DNA of 32,000 nucleotides from Pirellulaceae bacterium (GTDB lineage: Bacteria > Planctomycetota > Planctomycetia > Pirellulales > Pirellulaceae): positions 136,039 to 168,038 of the forward strand of contig CAWDWE010000002.1 of the NCBI GenBank assembly GCA_963805875.1. Direction: 5' to 3'. Below are positions 21,002-30,004 of the stretch, piece by piece. The notes under the pieces were generated by a model. It made no database searches. It was not told the DNA's origin and saw only the letters and a program-made list of their open reading frames with translations. A program made the translations under genes and the position numbers. Every line of letters starts with the position of its first letter. Within the stretch, counting starts at the first letter, position 1.

Positions 21002-21588
21002 AGCCTGCTTGTTCCTGCTCGCCTCGGAGATATCGCGGATTCCGATGGCATGTTGGCAGCGGCGCCGGGGAGCGGGCAACACTGTGGTTTGGGTGATTGG
21101 GTAATTTGCAGAAAATAGGAGTTGGCTTCTGTCGTGAATATCTACGTCACAGGATGCCTAGGGTCAACAAACGAAGCGAAACGGAAACATCGACGGAAGT
21201 CTTTGCCAGCTATGAAGTTCGGTCGTATCGACACGTCCGCCAAGACCGGCCGATTCGGTTAGTGCGGTTCTCCGCAAATTCACGTTCGTTCCGACCGCGA
21301 TACTGGTGGGCACCGTATTTACAGTTACTATTAGGGGGAGGATGACTGGGCGGAGGGAGGGCGGATACCCCCATTTGCCTGTCATGCTTTCCACCGTTCT
21401 TTTTCACGCACTAGGAGTCTATCCCACCCGATTGAGGTTTTGCTCGACGTTTCCAGTAGGGGAATGTTCATCCAGGTTGGCCGCGGGAGGCCGCCCGGCG
21501 TTTCCTTGGGGAGCTGAGGACAGACGAGAGGCCAATCGGATGGCAGCCATCGGACTTCCGTGCAGACGCCTTAGTCGAGGAGGCTTTC

Positions 21589-22227
21589 ATGGTCGCGAGA
21601 ATTAAAGTGGTCGTCGCGGATGACCATCCCATGGTCCGTAGCGGTTTGCATAGTTTGCTCGAGGGGACGAATATCGACATTGTCGGCGAAGCGACCGACG
21701 GCGATGAAGCGCTCACGCAAACGCGAAAGTATCATCCCGATGTCCTGCTGCTTGATATCCGCATGCCGGAGAAAGATGGCATCGACGCTCTGGGGCAGCT
21801 CAAAAGCGATTCGCCGAATACCAAAGTCGTCGTGCTTTCGACGTACGACAACCCCACGTATGTGGCCCGCGCGGTGGCGCTGGGCGCTTGCGATTACGTG
21901 CTGAAAGGCAGCCCGCGGGAGACACTCGTCACGGCAATCACCAACGCCGCCGCCGGTCAAGCGCCGCACGCCGACAGCGTGCTACAAAAGGTCAAAGGGG
22001 CGATGGCCAAGCGTTACGACGCGGACAACCACGACACTCCGCTGACTAACCGTGAAATGCAAGTGCTGCGACACGTTGCGCTCGGTCTAAGCAACAAGGA
22101 GATCGGCACGTCGCTCACTATTTCTGTCGAGACCGTCAAAGAGCACGTGCAGAACATCCTCCGCAAGATCGACGCCACCGATCGCACGCAAGCCGCTGTC
22201 TGGGCCGTCCGCACTGGCCTGGTTTAG
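21589..22227 (+). CDS. NarL/FixJ (LuxR)-family response regulator
   Basis: Receiver VVVADDHPMVRSGLHSLL...VLLLDIRMPEKDG...YVLKG. C-terminal HTH LTNREMQVLRHVALGLSNKEIGTSLTISVETVKEHVQNILRKI. Confidence 0.96.
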   Translation: MVARIKVVVADDHPMVRSGLHSLLEGTNIDIVGEATDGDEALTQTRKYHPDVLLLDIRMPEKDGIDALGQLKSDSPNTKVVVLSTYDNPTYVARAVALGACDYVLKGSPRETLVTAITNAAAGQAPHADSVLQKVKGAMAKRYDADNHDTPLTNREMQVLRHVALGLSNKEIGTSLTISVETVKEHVQNILRKIDATDRTQAAVWAVRTGLV

Positions 22228-22269
22228 CAGCGCGAAGTAGGACGGATTGTACTGAAGCACAAATCCGTC

Positions 22270-23100
22270 CTACACGGTCGTCGCCGGTTGATGCAACAGC
22301 GCGAGCAGTTCATCGGCTCGCCCTGTGGACAGAAGTTCGTCCACGGTTTGCGCCCATTCGTCGTTGAATCCCACAACGACTTCAGAATTGTCGAGATCGA
22401 CAACCTTCGCCTGCATTTGCTTCGCGCAATGCTCGGCGTCGAGCTTATCCTCCGGCGCCGCCATCAGGCGAAACGCTCGGGCGGGCGAGTGCTTCAAGCC
22501 GGTGGAAAAGTGAAGCTGCTCGCGGCGATCCGGCGGCAGTACATTAAACAGCCGATCGAGCCAGATCCGCAAGTTGTCGCCGCTACGTACAAGCACGTTT
22601 CCCTCGGCTGCAGCACACGCCAACTGCAACACCTTATGGCGAGTCGCTGCATCGCCCAGCGGATCCAAGAGCGCCGCCAGCGCGGGCGACGCACGTCCGC
22701 GCAACTTAATCGGCGGCAAGTCCTCAGAAAATCGCCGCATCACCCGCAAGTGTCCCGCGGCGACCACCGCGTCGAGCAGGCGGAACGGCTGATGGGCGAA
22801 CCGCTCGAGCACGTCCGCCGTCGCCAGCAAAAACGTCGTGTACACCTTCGGGCCGCCTCGCCCGCTGTACTCGGCTCCGGCGGGGACGGACTTCGAGACG
22901 CAAAAGGTTCCATCGCTTAAGCGATGAAAATTGATGCTCCCGCTGCGGGCGTCCGGGCGTAATAGCGAATCGTGCGCCGGCGCCCAAGCGGTCAACTCCT
23001 CCGCCTGCTCCGTCGAAACGCCGCTGCTGGTGGCCACCAGGTGGTAGCCGTCCATGCGGTCAGTGCGGGCGGAGGTGAAGATGGCTTGTTCTACGAGCAT
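22270..23100 (-). CDS. GTPase-associated protein 1 (GAP1) N-terminal-domain-like protein
   Basis: MLVEQAIFTSARTDRMDGYHLVATSSGVSTEQAEELTAWAP resembles GAP1-N type domains. Its start overlaps the stop of the upstream GTPase gene (TAATG). The assignment is from pattern recall and unverified. Confidence 0.6.
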   Translation of the reverse strand: MLVEQAIFTSARTDRMDGYHLVATSSGVSTEQAEELTAWAPAHDSLLRPDARSGSINFHRLSDGTFCVSKSVPAGAEYSGRGGPKVYTTFLLATADVLERFAHQPFRLLDAVVAAGHLRVMRRFSEDLPPIKLRGRASPALAALLDPLGDAATRHKVLQLACAAAEGNVLVRSGDNLRIWLDRLFNVLPPDRREQLHFSTGLKHSPARAFRLMAAPEDKLDAEHCAKQMQAKVVDLDNSEVVVGFNDEWAQTVDELLSTGRADELLALLHQPATTV

Positions 23101-24014
23101 TATTTCAGTTGCTCCACCAACCAGCTAAACGGCTCCACAATGCCGCGCGGCTCGATCCGCAGCGGCGTCTGCGAAAACGCCCCGCCGTCGCGATCGCCAT
23201 CGGCACACGCCCCGGCCACACCGCTGGCGAAGAACTTGTGCCGGCGAAAGCGCTCCTGGCACTGTTGCCACACGCCCGGCGCCTGCTTTCTGGCAAAGGC
23301 CGCCGGGTCGTCGAAACATTCTTCGCATTGATCCGACTTGCTGAAGATCATCGCCACCGGGCGACTCGGCCAGCCGGTCTTGCGATCGTTGTCCAGTTCC
23401 ATCAAGTAACTGAGTATCTTCATCGTGAAGAAGTCCTGGTCCTGATGCCCGGCGGCGATGCGGGCGGCGTCGACCAGCACAATCACGCCGGCGCACTGGA
23501 GCAGCAGCGAGCGAATCACCGGGTACGAATTCGGATGATCCGCCTCGTGCAAAATTGTCTCGCCCGCCATATCCGGCATGATGAGTTCCAGCGGGCGTTT
23601 GCGGGCTTTCATCCGCACCTGGCAATGCACCCAATTCCAGCGATCCGGCTCGTTCGGCGTTTTGGCCGGGAATTCGCAGCGCGATAGCGCCTTCATCGTG
23701 TTCTGTTGCAGCGTGATCGAAAACGCGCCGCGAGCGAGGATTTGCAGCCGCGAATCCTGCCGCGATAGCATGTCGGTGAGCATGCCCAGATAAACCGTCT
23801 TCCCCGCGCCGGTCGAGCCGATGCAGGCGACCATCTGCGGCTGGATGTGCTGCGTGTTGGCTTGATGCGTCAGCGCCATCGGAGCGTAGCAGTGCCGGCA
23901 CAACTCCGCGTCGAACGTGTTCGGCCCGTCGCAGACGTAGCACGGCACTTGCGCCGTGTACTGCGCCAGGCGATAGGAGTCCAACGGCACGATGACGTTG
24001 CTGGTGTCGTTCAT
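23100..24014 (-). CDS. Zinc-ribbon + TRAFAC-like GTPase (double-GTPase/DO-GTPase-like)
   Basis: N-terminal CYVC-x10-CRHC ribbon, P-loop GSTGAGKT, G3-like PDMAGET, G4-like FSKSD. Confidence 0.78.
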   Translation of the reverse strand: MNDTSNVIVPLDSYRLAQYTAQVPCYVCDGPNTFDAELCRHCYAPMALTHQANTQHIQPQMVACIGSTGAGKTVYLGMLTDMLSRQDSRLQILARGAFSITLQQNTMKALSRCEFPAKTPNEPDRWNWVHCQVRMKARKRPLELIMPDMAGETILHEADHPNSYPVIRSLLLQCAGVIVLVDAARIAAGHQDQDFFTMKILSYLMELDNDRKTGWPSRPVAMIFSKSDQCEECFDDPAAFARKQAPGVWQQCQERFRRHKFFASGVAGACADGDRDGGAFSQTPLRIEPRGIVEPFSWLVEQLK

Positions 24015-25232
24015 CTACACTTCCTCGCAAACAAGTTCGTGTTCAGCGGGTACGTCGCTCGCCGTCTCGGCCGCCGCGCTGCGCAAATCGCACAGGCCGA
24101 TCGCGCAGCGAAATCCGATGTTGTGTTTCCGCGCCAAAGGGCTGTCGCCGCTTTGGAATTGGCAGGTCGCCTGACTCTCAAAATAGGTGTCGAAAGCGCC
24201 GCCGCGGAGACTCTTGAGCGAAACGTCCGGCTCCTGCCCGCCCGCCCAGCGATGCCACAGCCCGAACGAATCGCCGGTCCATTCCCAAACATTGCCGACC
24301 AATTGATAGACGCCGGCCACGCTCGCCCCGGCGTCGAAGTCGGCGACCGGACAAGTCCGCCCCAGGCCGGCGCTCCAGATGTTCGCGCGATCCGGTTCCC
24401 AGGCGTCTCCCCAGGGATAACGCCGTTGCTTGGGCAAGCTGCGCGGCGTCGGCATCGGCCAGCAGCCCGCCTTGACCCACTCTGCATCGCTCGGCAGGCG
24501 CTTGCCGACCCAGCGGGCATAGGCGCTCGCTTCGTGCCAGGAAACGCCGACGACCGGATGATCATCCTCGCCGCGCGGGTAGCTGCCGTCCTTCCAATAG
24601 TGCGGCCCCGTCTGCCCAGTGAGGTCGGTAAATCCGAACACGGCCGGCCAGATGTTGGCGTCCCAGAGGGCCATCTGTTCGTAACCGCCGGCTTCGATAA
24701 ATTGCTTGAATTGGTGGTTGGTCACCGGGTGGCGGTCCAAGAGCACGGCCTCCACGCGAACGACCTGCCCGGCCGACCGCACAGGGCGTTCGTCGGCGTC
24801 GCGGTCGTCGGGCTGGCTCATGAAGACATCCCCTTCAGGAACCATCGCCATGTGCTCTTCCAGCGCGGCGTTCGCCTGGGCGACCTGTTCTTTGGACAAG
24901 TTGGCGGCGACCTGCGGCCGCATCAATAGGGCGTAGCGGCTCTGCCAGAGCATCTCGCCGACGAGGTCGTTGGGATCGCCCGGCGGCTTGCGCGATGCGG
25001 CCTTTGAGCGTATTGCGATTACCGTATGCTGCTGTTCCACCGATTCGTTGGACGCAGAGCTGCGACGCTTCGCACTTCGGGCGGTCCAAAACGTCCACGC
25101 CAGCCCGGCCAGCGCGACGACACCGCCCGCGGGCATCAGCCACGCGCTTTCCGCTTGCGTTCCCACCCAGCATAGGCCCAGCCCCCCCAGCAATCCGGCC
25201 CCGCCTAGGGCGACTCGCGTGAATGTTTTCAT
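24015..25232 (-). CDS. Membrane-anchored FGE/sulfatase-modifying-factor-fold protein
   Basis: Two N-terminal TM helices, then MVPEGDVFMSQ...VEAVLLDRHPVTNHQFKQFIEAGGY...HPVVGVSWHEASAYARWVGKRLPSDAEW...GNVWEWTGD...LRGGAFD...NIGFRCAIG. Confidence 0.92.
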   Translation of the reverse strand: MKTFTRVALGGAGLLGGLGLCWVGTQAESAWLMPAGGVVALAGLAWTFWTARSAKRRSSASNESVEQQHTVIAIRSKAASRKPPGDPNDLVGEMLWQSRYALLMRPQVAANLSKEQVAQANAALEEHMAMVPEGDVFMSQPDDRDADERPVRSAGQVVRVEAVLLDRHPVTNHQFKQFIEAGGYEQMALWDANIWPAVFGFTDLTGQTGPHYWKDGSYPRGEDDHPVVGVSWHEASAYARWVGKRLPSDAEWVKAGCWPMPTPRSLPKQRRYPWGDAWEPDRANIWSAGLGRTCPVADFDAGASVAGVYQLVGNVWEWTGDSFGLWHRWAGGQEPDVSLKSLRGGAFDTYFESQATCQFQSGDSPLARKHNIGFRCAIGLCDLRSAAAETASDVPAEHELVCEEV

Positions 25233-25274
25233 GATCGTATGCCTCGCTCTGTCTGTCGCTACTTCGAAGACGAT

Positions 25275-26237
25275 TTATTGCAGTTTCCGCTTCCGCCTTT
25301 GCGCCACGTCCTTTTGCAGCTTCGCAAATTGTTCCATGATCGAATCGACCACCGGCTCGGCGGGCGGCGGCGGGCTTTCGCGCTGTGGCGCCGGCGATGC
25401 GACGGTTTGTTCGCTCGCGGCAGTGCGCTCGACCGTTTGCCGCGACCAGCCGCCGGCTTGCGTGTCGATGATTTGCCGCAGGTTTTTCAGTTCCACCGAC
25501 CAGAGCGCCTGTTGGTGTGTCAACTGATCCTTCTGTTCCGCCAATGCTTCAGAAAGCTCCGCGGCGCGGCGGCGGACCATTTCCAGTTCCGTTTCTAAGG
25601 CCACGCGCTCGTGGTCGGAATCGGAGTTCGATACTTCCTTGTCCAATTGATCGATTTGCTCTTGGAGCTCCAAAATCGTCTTTCGCGATTCGGAAAGCTG
25701 CGTCTGCGTGCTGGCGAGTTGCTCGGTCGCGTCGGCTCGCCGGGCCAACTCGTCGCGGCAGACGTCCAGGCGCTGCTTCAAATCGTCGCGCTGCTCTTCG
25801 AGCTTTGCCACGACCGCCTGCAACTGCCCGCTGTTTGGATCGTCGCCGGCGCTGGCGCGGGCTAAGGTGATGTCGCTGCGGACGCTGTTTAGCTCGGCGG
25901 TGAGTTGTTCCAACTGCTGCTGCATCAGTTGCTTGATGTCGTCGTTCTGCGAACTGCGTTCTTGTAGCACTTGCTCGCGTTCTTCAAGCCGCGCCTTGCG
26001 CAGGGCGATTTCGGATTGCCGCTGCGAAAGCCGCGTGCCCAATGCTTCCATGGCCGCGAACGATGACTCGACGAAGCTTTCCAATTGGCCGCGCTCCTCG
26101 CGCAGCCGTCGCAGCGTCTCGGCGATGAGGGCCACGCCGGGAAGATTGTGCAGGTCGATGTTGGGTAGTTCTAAGCTGGCTTGGGACACAGAATTAACCT
26201 GTTGATCGCGAAAAGGCACAGCGGGCTTCGGCGACAT
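25275..26237 (-). CDS. Coiled-coil protein, first gene of the GTPase operon
   Basis: 320-aa ORF with long Glu/Gln/Leu/Arg heptad-rich segments and a proline-rich linker (PAPQRESPPPPAEP) before a short basic tail. Confidence 0.75.
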   Translation of the reverse strand: MSPKPAVPFRDQQVNSVSQASLELPNIDLHNLPGVALIAETLRRLREERGQLESFVESSFAAMEALGTRLSQRQSEIALRKARLEEREQVLQERSSQNDDIKQLMQQQLEQLTAELNSVRSDITLARASAGDDPNSGQLQAVVAKLEEQRDDLKQRLDVCRDELARRADATEQLASTQTQLSESRKTILELQEQIDQLDKEVSNSDSDHERVALETELEMVRRRAAELSEALAEQKDQLTHQQALWSVELKNLRQIIDTQAGGWSRQTVERTAASEQTVASPAPQRESPPPPAEPVVDSIMEQFAKLQKDVAQRRKRKLQ

Positions 26238-26424
26238 ATTTCAAGATGAGGGTGCAAAGTCTCGCCACGAAAACTTTAGGTCAACATTTGCCACCCGGCA
26301 AAAAGAGGCCCGCCGGCAGCCGGCAGAATCGACACGATCGCCCCACGTGGAGGCAGGCGGCCCGCCTGCCTCATCTCAGCAAGATGGAAACCGCAGGCGA
26401 GCCGCCTGTGGCCACCCTTAACGG

Positions 26425-26489
26425 GAGGGCGAGGCTCCTGCCGAGCCGCCGAGCGTCAGCGAGGCTCCGCGGGAGCGTCGCCCTCCCAA
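26425..26489. repeat. Imperfect palindromic intergenic repeat
   Basis: GGGAGGGCGAGGCTCC ... GGCTCCGCGGGAGCGTCGCCCTCCC, imperfect inverted repeat between genes. Confidence 0.65.
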
Positions 26490-26509
26490 ACGGCACAGCC
26501 GTTCGTGTC

Positions 26510-27817
26510 TCAAGACAGAGCCGATAGCAAACGCGAAGAAATCCGCCCATTTTCGGCGGACTGGGTCACAACTTCGACTAGCTGCCCCACCCGCGAAGGA
26601 TCACCGGCGACAACGACCGGCGCGTAGCGGCAGGCTGTCCCCTGCAGATAACCGGCAGAATCGTCGCAATCACGCTCGACTAGCACAGTCAGCCGCCGGC
26701 CAATGAGCCGCCGAAAATACTCGTCGCACAGCTCGCGTTCTAACTCGGCCAACCGCCGCCCCCGCTCGGATTTCACCTGCTTGGAAAGCTGCCCCGGCAT
26801 TTCAAACGCCGGCGTGCCGCGGCGGGCGCTGAAGGGGAAGATGTGAATCTTCGAGAACCCAACTCGCCGAGCCACGTCGCAAGTGGCGGCGAACTCTTCC
26901 TCCGTTTCGCCGGGAAAACCGACGATGATGTCGGTCGTAATCGCCGGTTCGTCGAGCGCGTCTTTGAGCAGATGGCAGCGATCAATAAACCGCTGGCTCC
27001 CCCAGCGCCGCCGCATCCGCCGCAAAACCGTGTCGCTGCCGCTTTGCATCGAAATGTGCAAATGAGGGCAAACCTTTTCGGGATGCTCCGCCATCACCCG
27101 AATCAACTCCCGCGTGACTTCCGTTGCTTCGATGCTGGACAAGCGGATGCGAAATTCGCCCGGCAAAGCGGCCAGCCGTGCGACGAGCGTCGCCAAGCGA
27201 ATCCAGTCGTCCTTCGTCCGCCCACGATTCCATTCCACCCCGTAGTGCCCCAAGTGAATGCCGGTCAGCACGATTTCCTTGTAGCCATTCGCGATGAGCC
27301 GCTCCGCTTCGGCGACAATATCCTCGATCGGCCGGCTGGCCAGATTTGGCCGCACGTGCGGGATGATGCAAAAGCTGCACCGCAACAGGCAACCGTCTTG
27401 CACCTTGATATACGCCCGATGCCGGTCGCCGAACCCGGAAATCCCCGTCGGCACGTTGACCACGCCGAACCGCCCCAACAAATCCGGCAACTCGCGCTTG
27501 TCCGTCACTACCTCGACGACATTGGGCAGCTTCGCGACTTCGTCCGGCGCCCGCGTGGCGTAGCAGCCCATCACCACGATCCGCGAATCCGGGTTATCAC
27601 GGGCCAACCGCCGAATCACCTGCCGGCTCTTCGAATCCCCCTCGGACGTGACCGTGCATGTATTCACGACGCACAAATCAGCCGCGTCGCCTTCCTGCGC
27701 ATCCGCATACCCGGCCGAAACCAGCCCTTCGCGGACGTATTCGGTTTCGTACTGGTTGACTTTGCAGCCGAGGGTGACGGTTTTGAGCGTAGCGGGCATG
27801 GCCCCTCGTGGCGACAA
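26510..27817 (-). CDS. mtaB: tRNA (N6-threonylcarbamoyladenosine(37)-C2)-methylthiotransferase MtaB-like radical SAM protein
   Basis: TLGCKVNQYETEYVREGL, CVVNTCTVT, VVMGCYATRAPDEV, radical SAM CLLRCSFCIIP, IIVGFPGETEEEF. Confidence 0.93.
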   Translation of the reverse strand: MSPRGAMPATLKTVTLGCKVNQYETEYVREGLVSAGYADAQEGDAADLCVVNTCTVTSEGDSKSRQVIRRLARDNPDSRIVVMGCYATRAPDEVAKLPNVVEVVTDKRELPDLLGRFGVVNVPTGISGFGDRHRAYIKVQDGCLLRCSFCIIPHVRPNLASRPIEDIVAEAERLIANGYKEIVLTGIHLGHYGVEWNRGRTKDDWIRLATLVARLAALPGEFRIRLSSIEATEVTRELIRVMAEHPEKVCPHLHISMQSGSDTVLRRMRRRWGSQRFIDRCHLLKDALDEPAITTDIIVGFPGETEEEFAATCDVARRVGFSKIHIFPFSARRGTPAFEMPGQLSKQVKSERGRRLAELERELCDEYFRRLIGRRLTVLVERDCDDSAGYLQGTACRYAPVVVAGDPSRVGQLVEVVTQSAENGRISSRLLSALS

Positions 27818-27928
27818 GCTGCCAGCTTATCAGCCCGGTGTGGGAAACGGGTTTGGAATCGCGAATGAAATGCTTCAAACAGCCAATTCGTATCAACAAT
27901 GACGAGTCTGCAAGCTGGCAGCTTGCGA

Positions 27929-28288
27929 CTACGTAACCTCCGGCTCAATACTCGCGGACATCGACCCCTTGCACCGCGCAATCAACTTGTCCGCCCCAAA
28001 GGCGTGAATCTGATCGCGTTTGAGTTCCGCGTGCTCGCGGGTGGTGGTCAAAACAACCGCCCTGCCGGAGCTGTCGACCTCCTTGGCGATTTGGAAGCCT
28101 CGCTGCTCGGCGTGATGAAAAAGATCCTGCATCATGCGGATGACGTAGTCGAAGCTGTGGTCGTTGTCGTCCCACAGTACCACGTGATAGCGGGGCTGAC
28201 GCTTACGCTTTTCGTCGTTTTTTTCCTTGCGCCGCTTCTCGGTCACGTCCTCGGGCACGGCGACGGCGGCTGCGGATTTCTCGGCCAC
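27929..28288 (-). CDS. clpS: ClpS-like ATP-dependent Clp protease adaptor
   Basis: RYHVVLWDDNDHSFDYVIRMMQDLFHHAEQRGFQIAKEVDSSGRAVVLTTTREHAELKRDQI matches ClpS layout. Confidence 0.85.
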   Translation of the reverse strand: MAEKSAAAVAVPEDVTEKRRKEKNDEKRKRQPRYHVVLWDDNDHSFDYVIRMMQDLFHHAEQRGFQIAKEVDSSGRAVVLTTTREHAELKRDQIHAFGADKLIARCKGSMSASIEPEVT

Positions 28289-28398
28289 TGGCAGGGTTCC
28301 TGTTGCATCAATTCCTTCGCGGACACACTTTTCCGCCCCCCCGGATTGGTCTGGCGGGGCACGTAAGGCTATATTGTACGCCTTTGCCGCCCACGTGT

Positions 28399-28460
28399 AC
28401 TAGCCCGACGCGTGAGCGAGGAGTTTCCGGCTGCATTCCTCGCTTACGCTTCGGGCTAGT
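28399..28460. repeat. Imperfect second copy of the ACTAGCCCGACGCG palindrome family
   Basis: ACTAGCCCGACGCGTGAGCGAGGAGTTTCCGGCTGCATTCCTCGCTTACGCTTCGGGCTAGT; same ends as the 19540-19605 palindrome. Confidence 0.88.
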
Positions 28461-28482
28461 GTGTAAGGATTGTGAAAACGCT

Positions 28483-29856
28483 ATGACTGCATTGGACGAC
28501 TATCTCGCTGAGCACCGCGAGCCGTTTGAGGACGACCTCTGCGAGCTGCTGCGAATCCCCAGCGTCAGCGCCGACAGCAAATACAAGGCGGACGTGCTGG
28601 CCGCCGCCGATTGGATTCACCAGCAATTCACCGGCATCGGGCTAACGTCCGAACTGGTCGAAACGGCCGGCTATCCGGTCGTGTACGCCGAATCCCCACC
28701 CGTCGAAGGCGCCCCGGTGGCGCTCGTCTACGGTCATTACGACGTGCAGCCGCCCGACCCGCTGGGCCTCTGGGAAACTCCGCCGTTCGAGCCAACGAAG
28801 CGCGACGGCAACATCTACGCCCGCGGCGCGACCGATGACAAAGGGCAAATGCTCACGCATGTGAAAAGCGTGCAGGCCTGGCTGGAAACGGAGAAGAAGC
28901 TGCCGCTGCAGGTGAAATTTGTCATCGAAGGGGAGGAAGAAGTCGGCAGCAAGAATTTGTCGCCGTTCTTGCATGAGCATCGCGATCGGCTGAAGTGCGA
29001 CGTGGTTGTCATCAGCGACACCAGCCAATTCGGCCCCCGGCAGCCGGCGATAACTTACGGACTGCGGGGCATCGCTTACTACGAACTACGCCTGGCCGGT
29101 CCCAAGCAAGACCTGCACTCCGGCACGTTCGGTGGCGCGGTGACCAATCCGGCCGTCGCCCTGGCGCGAATGCTTACGTCGATCATCGACGACGAAGGCC
29201 GCGTGCAAATCCCGGGCTTCTACGACGACGTGCAGCCGCTCTCGCAAGACGAACGCGAACAGCTCGCCGCGCTGCCGTTCAGCGAGGCGAACTTTTTCAA
29301 GCAGGTTGGTGTCGAAGGAAACTGGGGCGAGCAGGGATTCACCACTTTGGAACGGCGCTGGGCGCGGCCGACGTTCGACGTCAATGGTCTGGAAAGCGGC
29401 TATCAAGGTGAAGGGGCGAAGACGGTGCTGCCGTCACACGCAGTTGCCAAGTTCAGCTTCCGCCTCGTGCCGGAGCAAGACCCACAGCAGATCACCGAGT
29501 CGCTACGAGTGTTCTTGGAAGAGCGGCTGCTGCCCGGCATCACGATGGAACTCGTCGACATGCACGGCTCGCCCGGCTGCGTCGTGCCGCTGGATAGCCC
29601 GTTCATGGCGGCGGCCGCGGCGGCGATTGAAAAGGGCTTCGGTCATTCGCCCGTTTATATCCGCGAAGGCGGGTCGATTCCGATTGTCAACGATTTCAAG
29701 GAACTACTCGGCGTTGATACACTGCTGTTGGGCTGGGGCCTCGACGACGACAACACCCACGCCCCCAACGAAAAATTCAACCTCTCCGATTACCACCGCG
29801 GCATCAAAGCGAGCGCGTACCTGTGGCGCGAGTTGAGCCGGGTGAGTGTAGGATAA
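28483..29856 (+). CDS. M20 family dipeptidase/peptidase
   Basis: From MTALDDYLAEHREPFEDDLCELLRIPSVSAD; LVYGHYDVQPPDPLGLWETPPFEP, ARGATDDKGQML, EGEEEVGS, YIREGGSIPIV. The annotated upstream start (28303) passes through the palindromic repeat. Confidence 0.95.
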   Translation: MTALDDYLAEHREPFEDDLCELLRIPSVSADSKYKADVLAAADWIHQQFTGIGLTSELVETAGYPVVYAESPPVEGAPVALVYGHYDVQPPDPLGLWETPPFEPTKRDGNIYARGATDDKGQMLTHVKSVQAWLETEKKLPLQVKFVIEGEEEVGSKNLSPFLHEHRDRLKCDVVVISDTSQFGPRQPAITYGLRGIAYYELRLAGPKQDLHSGTFGGAVTNPAVALARMLTSIIDDEGRVQIPGFYDDVQPLSQDEREQLAALPFSEANFFKQVGVEGNWGEQGFTTLERRWARPTFDVNGLESGYQGEGAKTVLPSHAVAKFSFRLVPEQDPQQITESLRVFLEERLLPGITMELVDMHGSPGCVVPLDSPFMAAAAAAIEKGFGHSPVYIREGGSIPIVNDFKELLGVDTLLLGWGLDDDNTHAPNEKFNLSDYHRGIKASAYLWRELSRVSVG

Positions 29857-29859
29857 CAC

Positions 29860-29990
29860 GCTGCCCCGAACGGGCGAAAGCGAACCGGACACTGCTGTCG
29901 CCCTTTCAGGGCTTGAAATTCATCGACGCCCGAAACCGGGGGCTAACGCCCCCGGCTACGCGCTGTCGTCCCTTCGGGACTAAGCCAACG
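29860..29990. repeat. Intergenic palindromic-type repeat region
   Basis: Contains CCGGGGGCTAACGCCCCCGG, GTCGCCCTTTCAGGGC and GTCGTCCCTTCGGGAC short hairpin units. Confidence 0.45.
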
Positions 29991-30004
29991 CTGGAAATTA
30001 AGTC

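Noticed and set aside
23847-24929. 360-aa plus-strand ORF opposite the FGE-fold gene
   Set aside because: The minus strand carries unmistakable FGE motifs; this is a shadow ORF.
19540-28460. Possibility that repeated palindromes form a CRISPR array
   Set aside because: Copies are isolated, kilobases apart, with no regular spacers and no cas-like genes.
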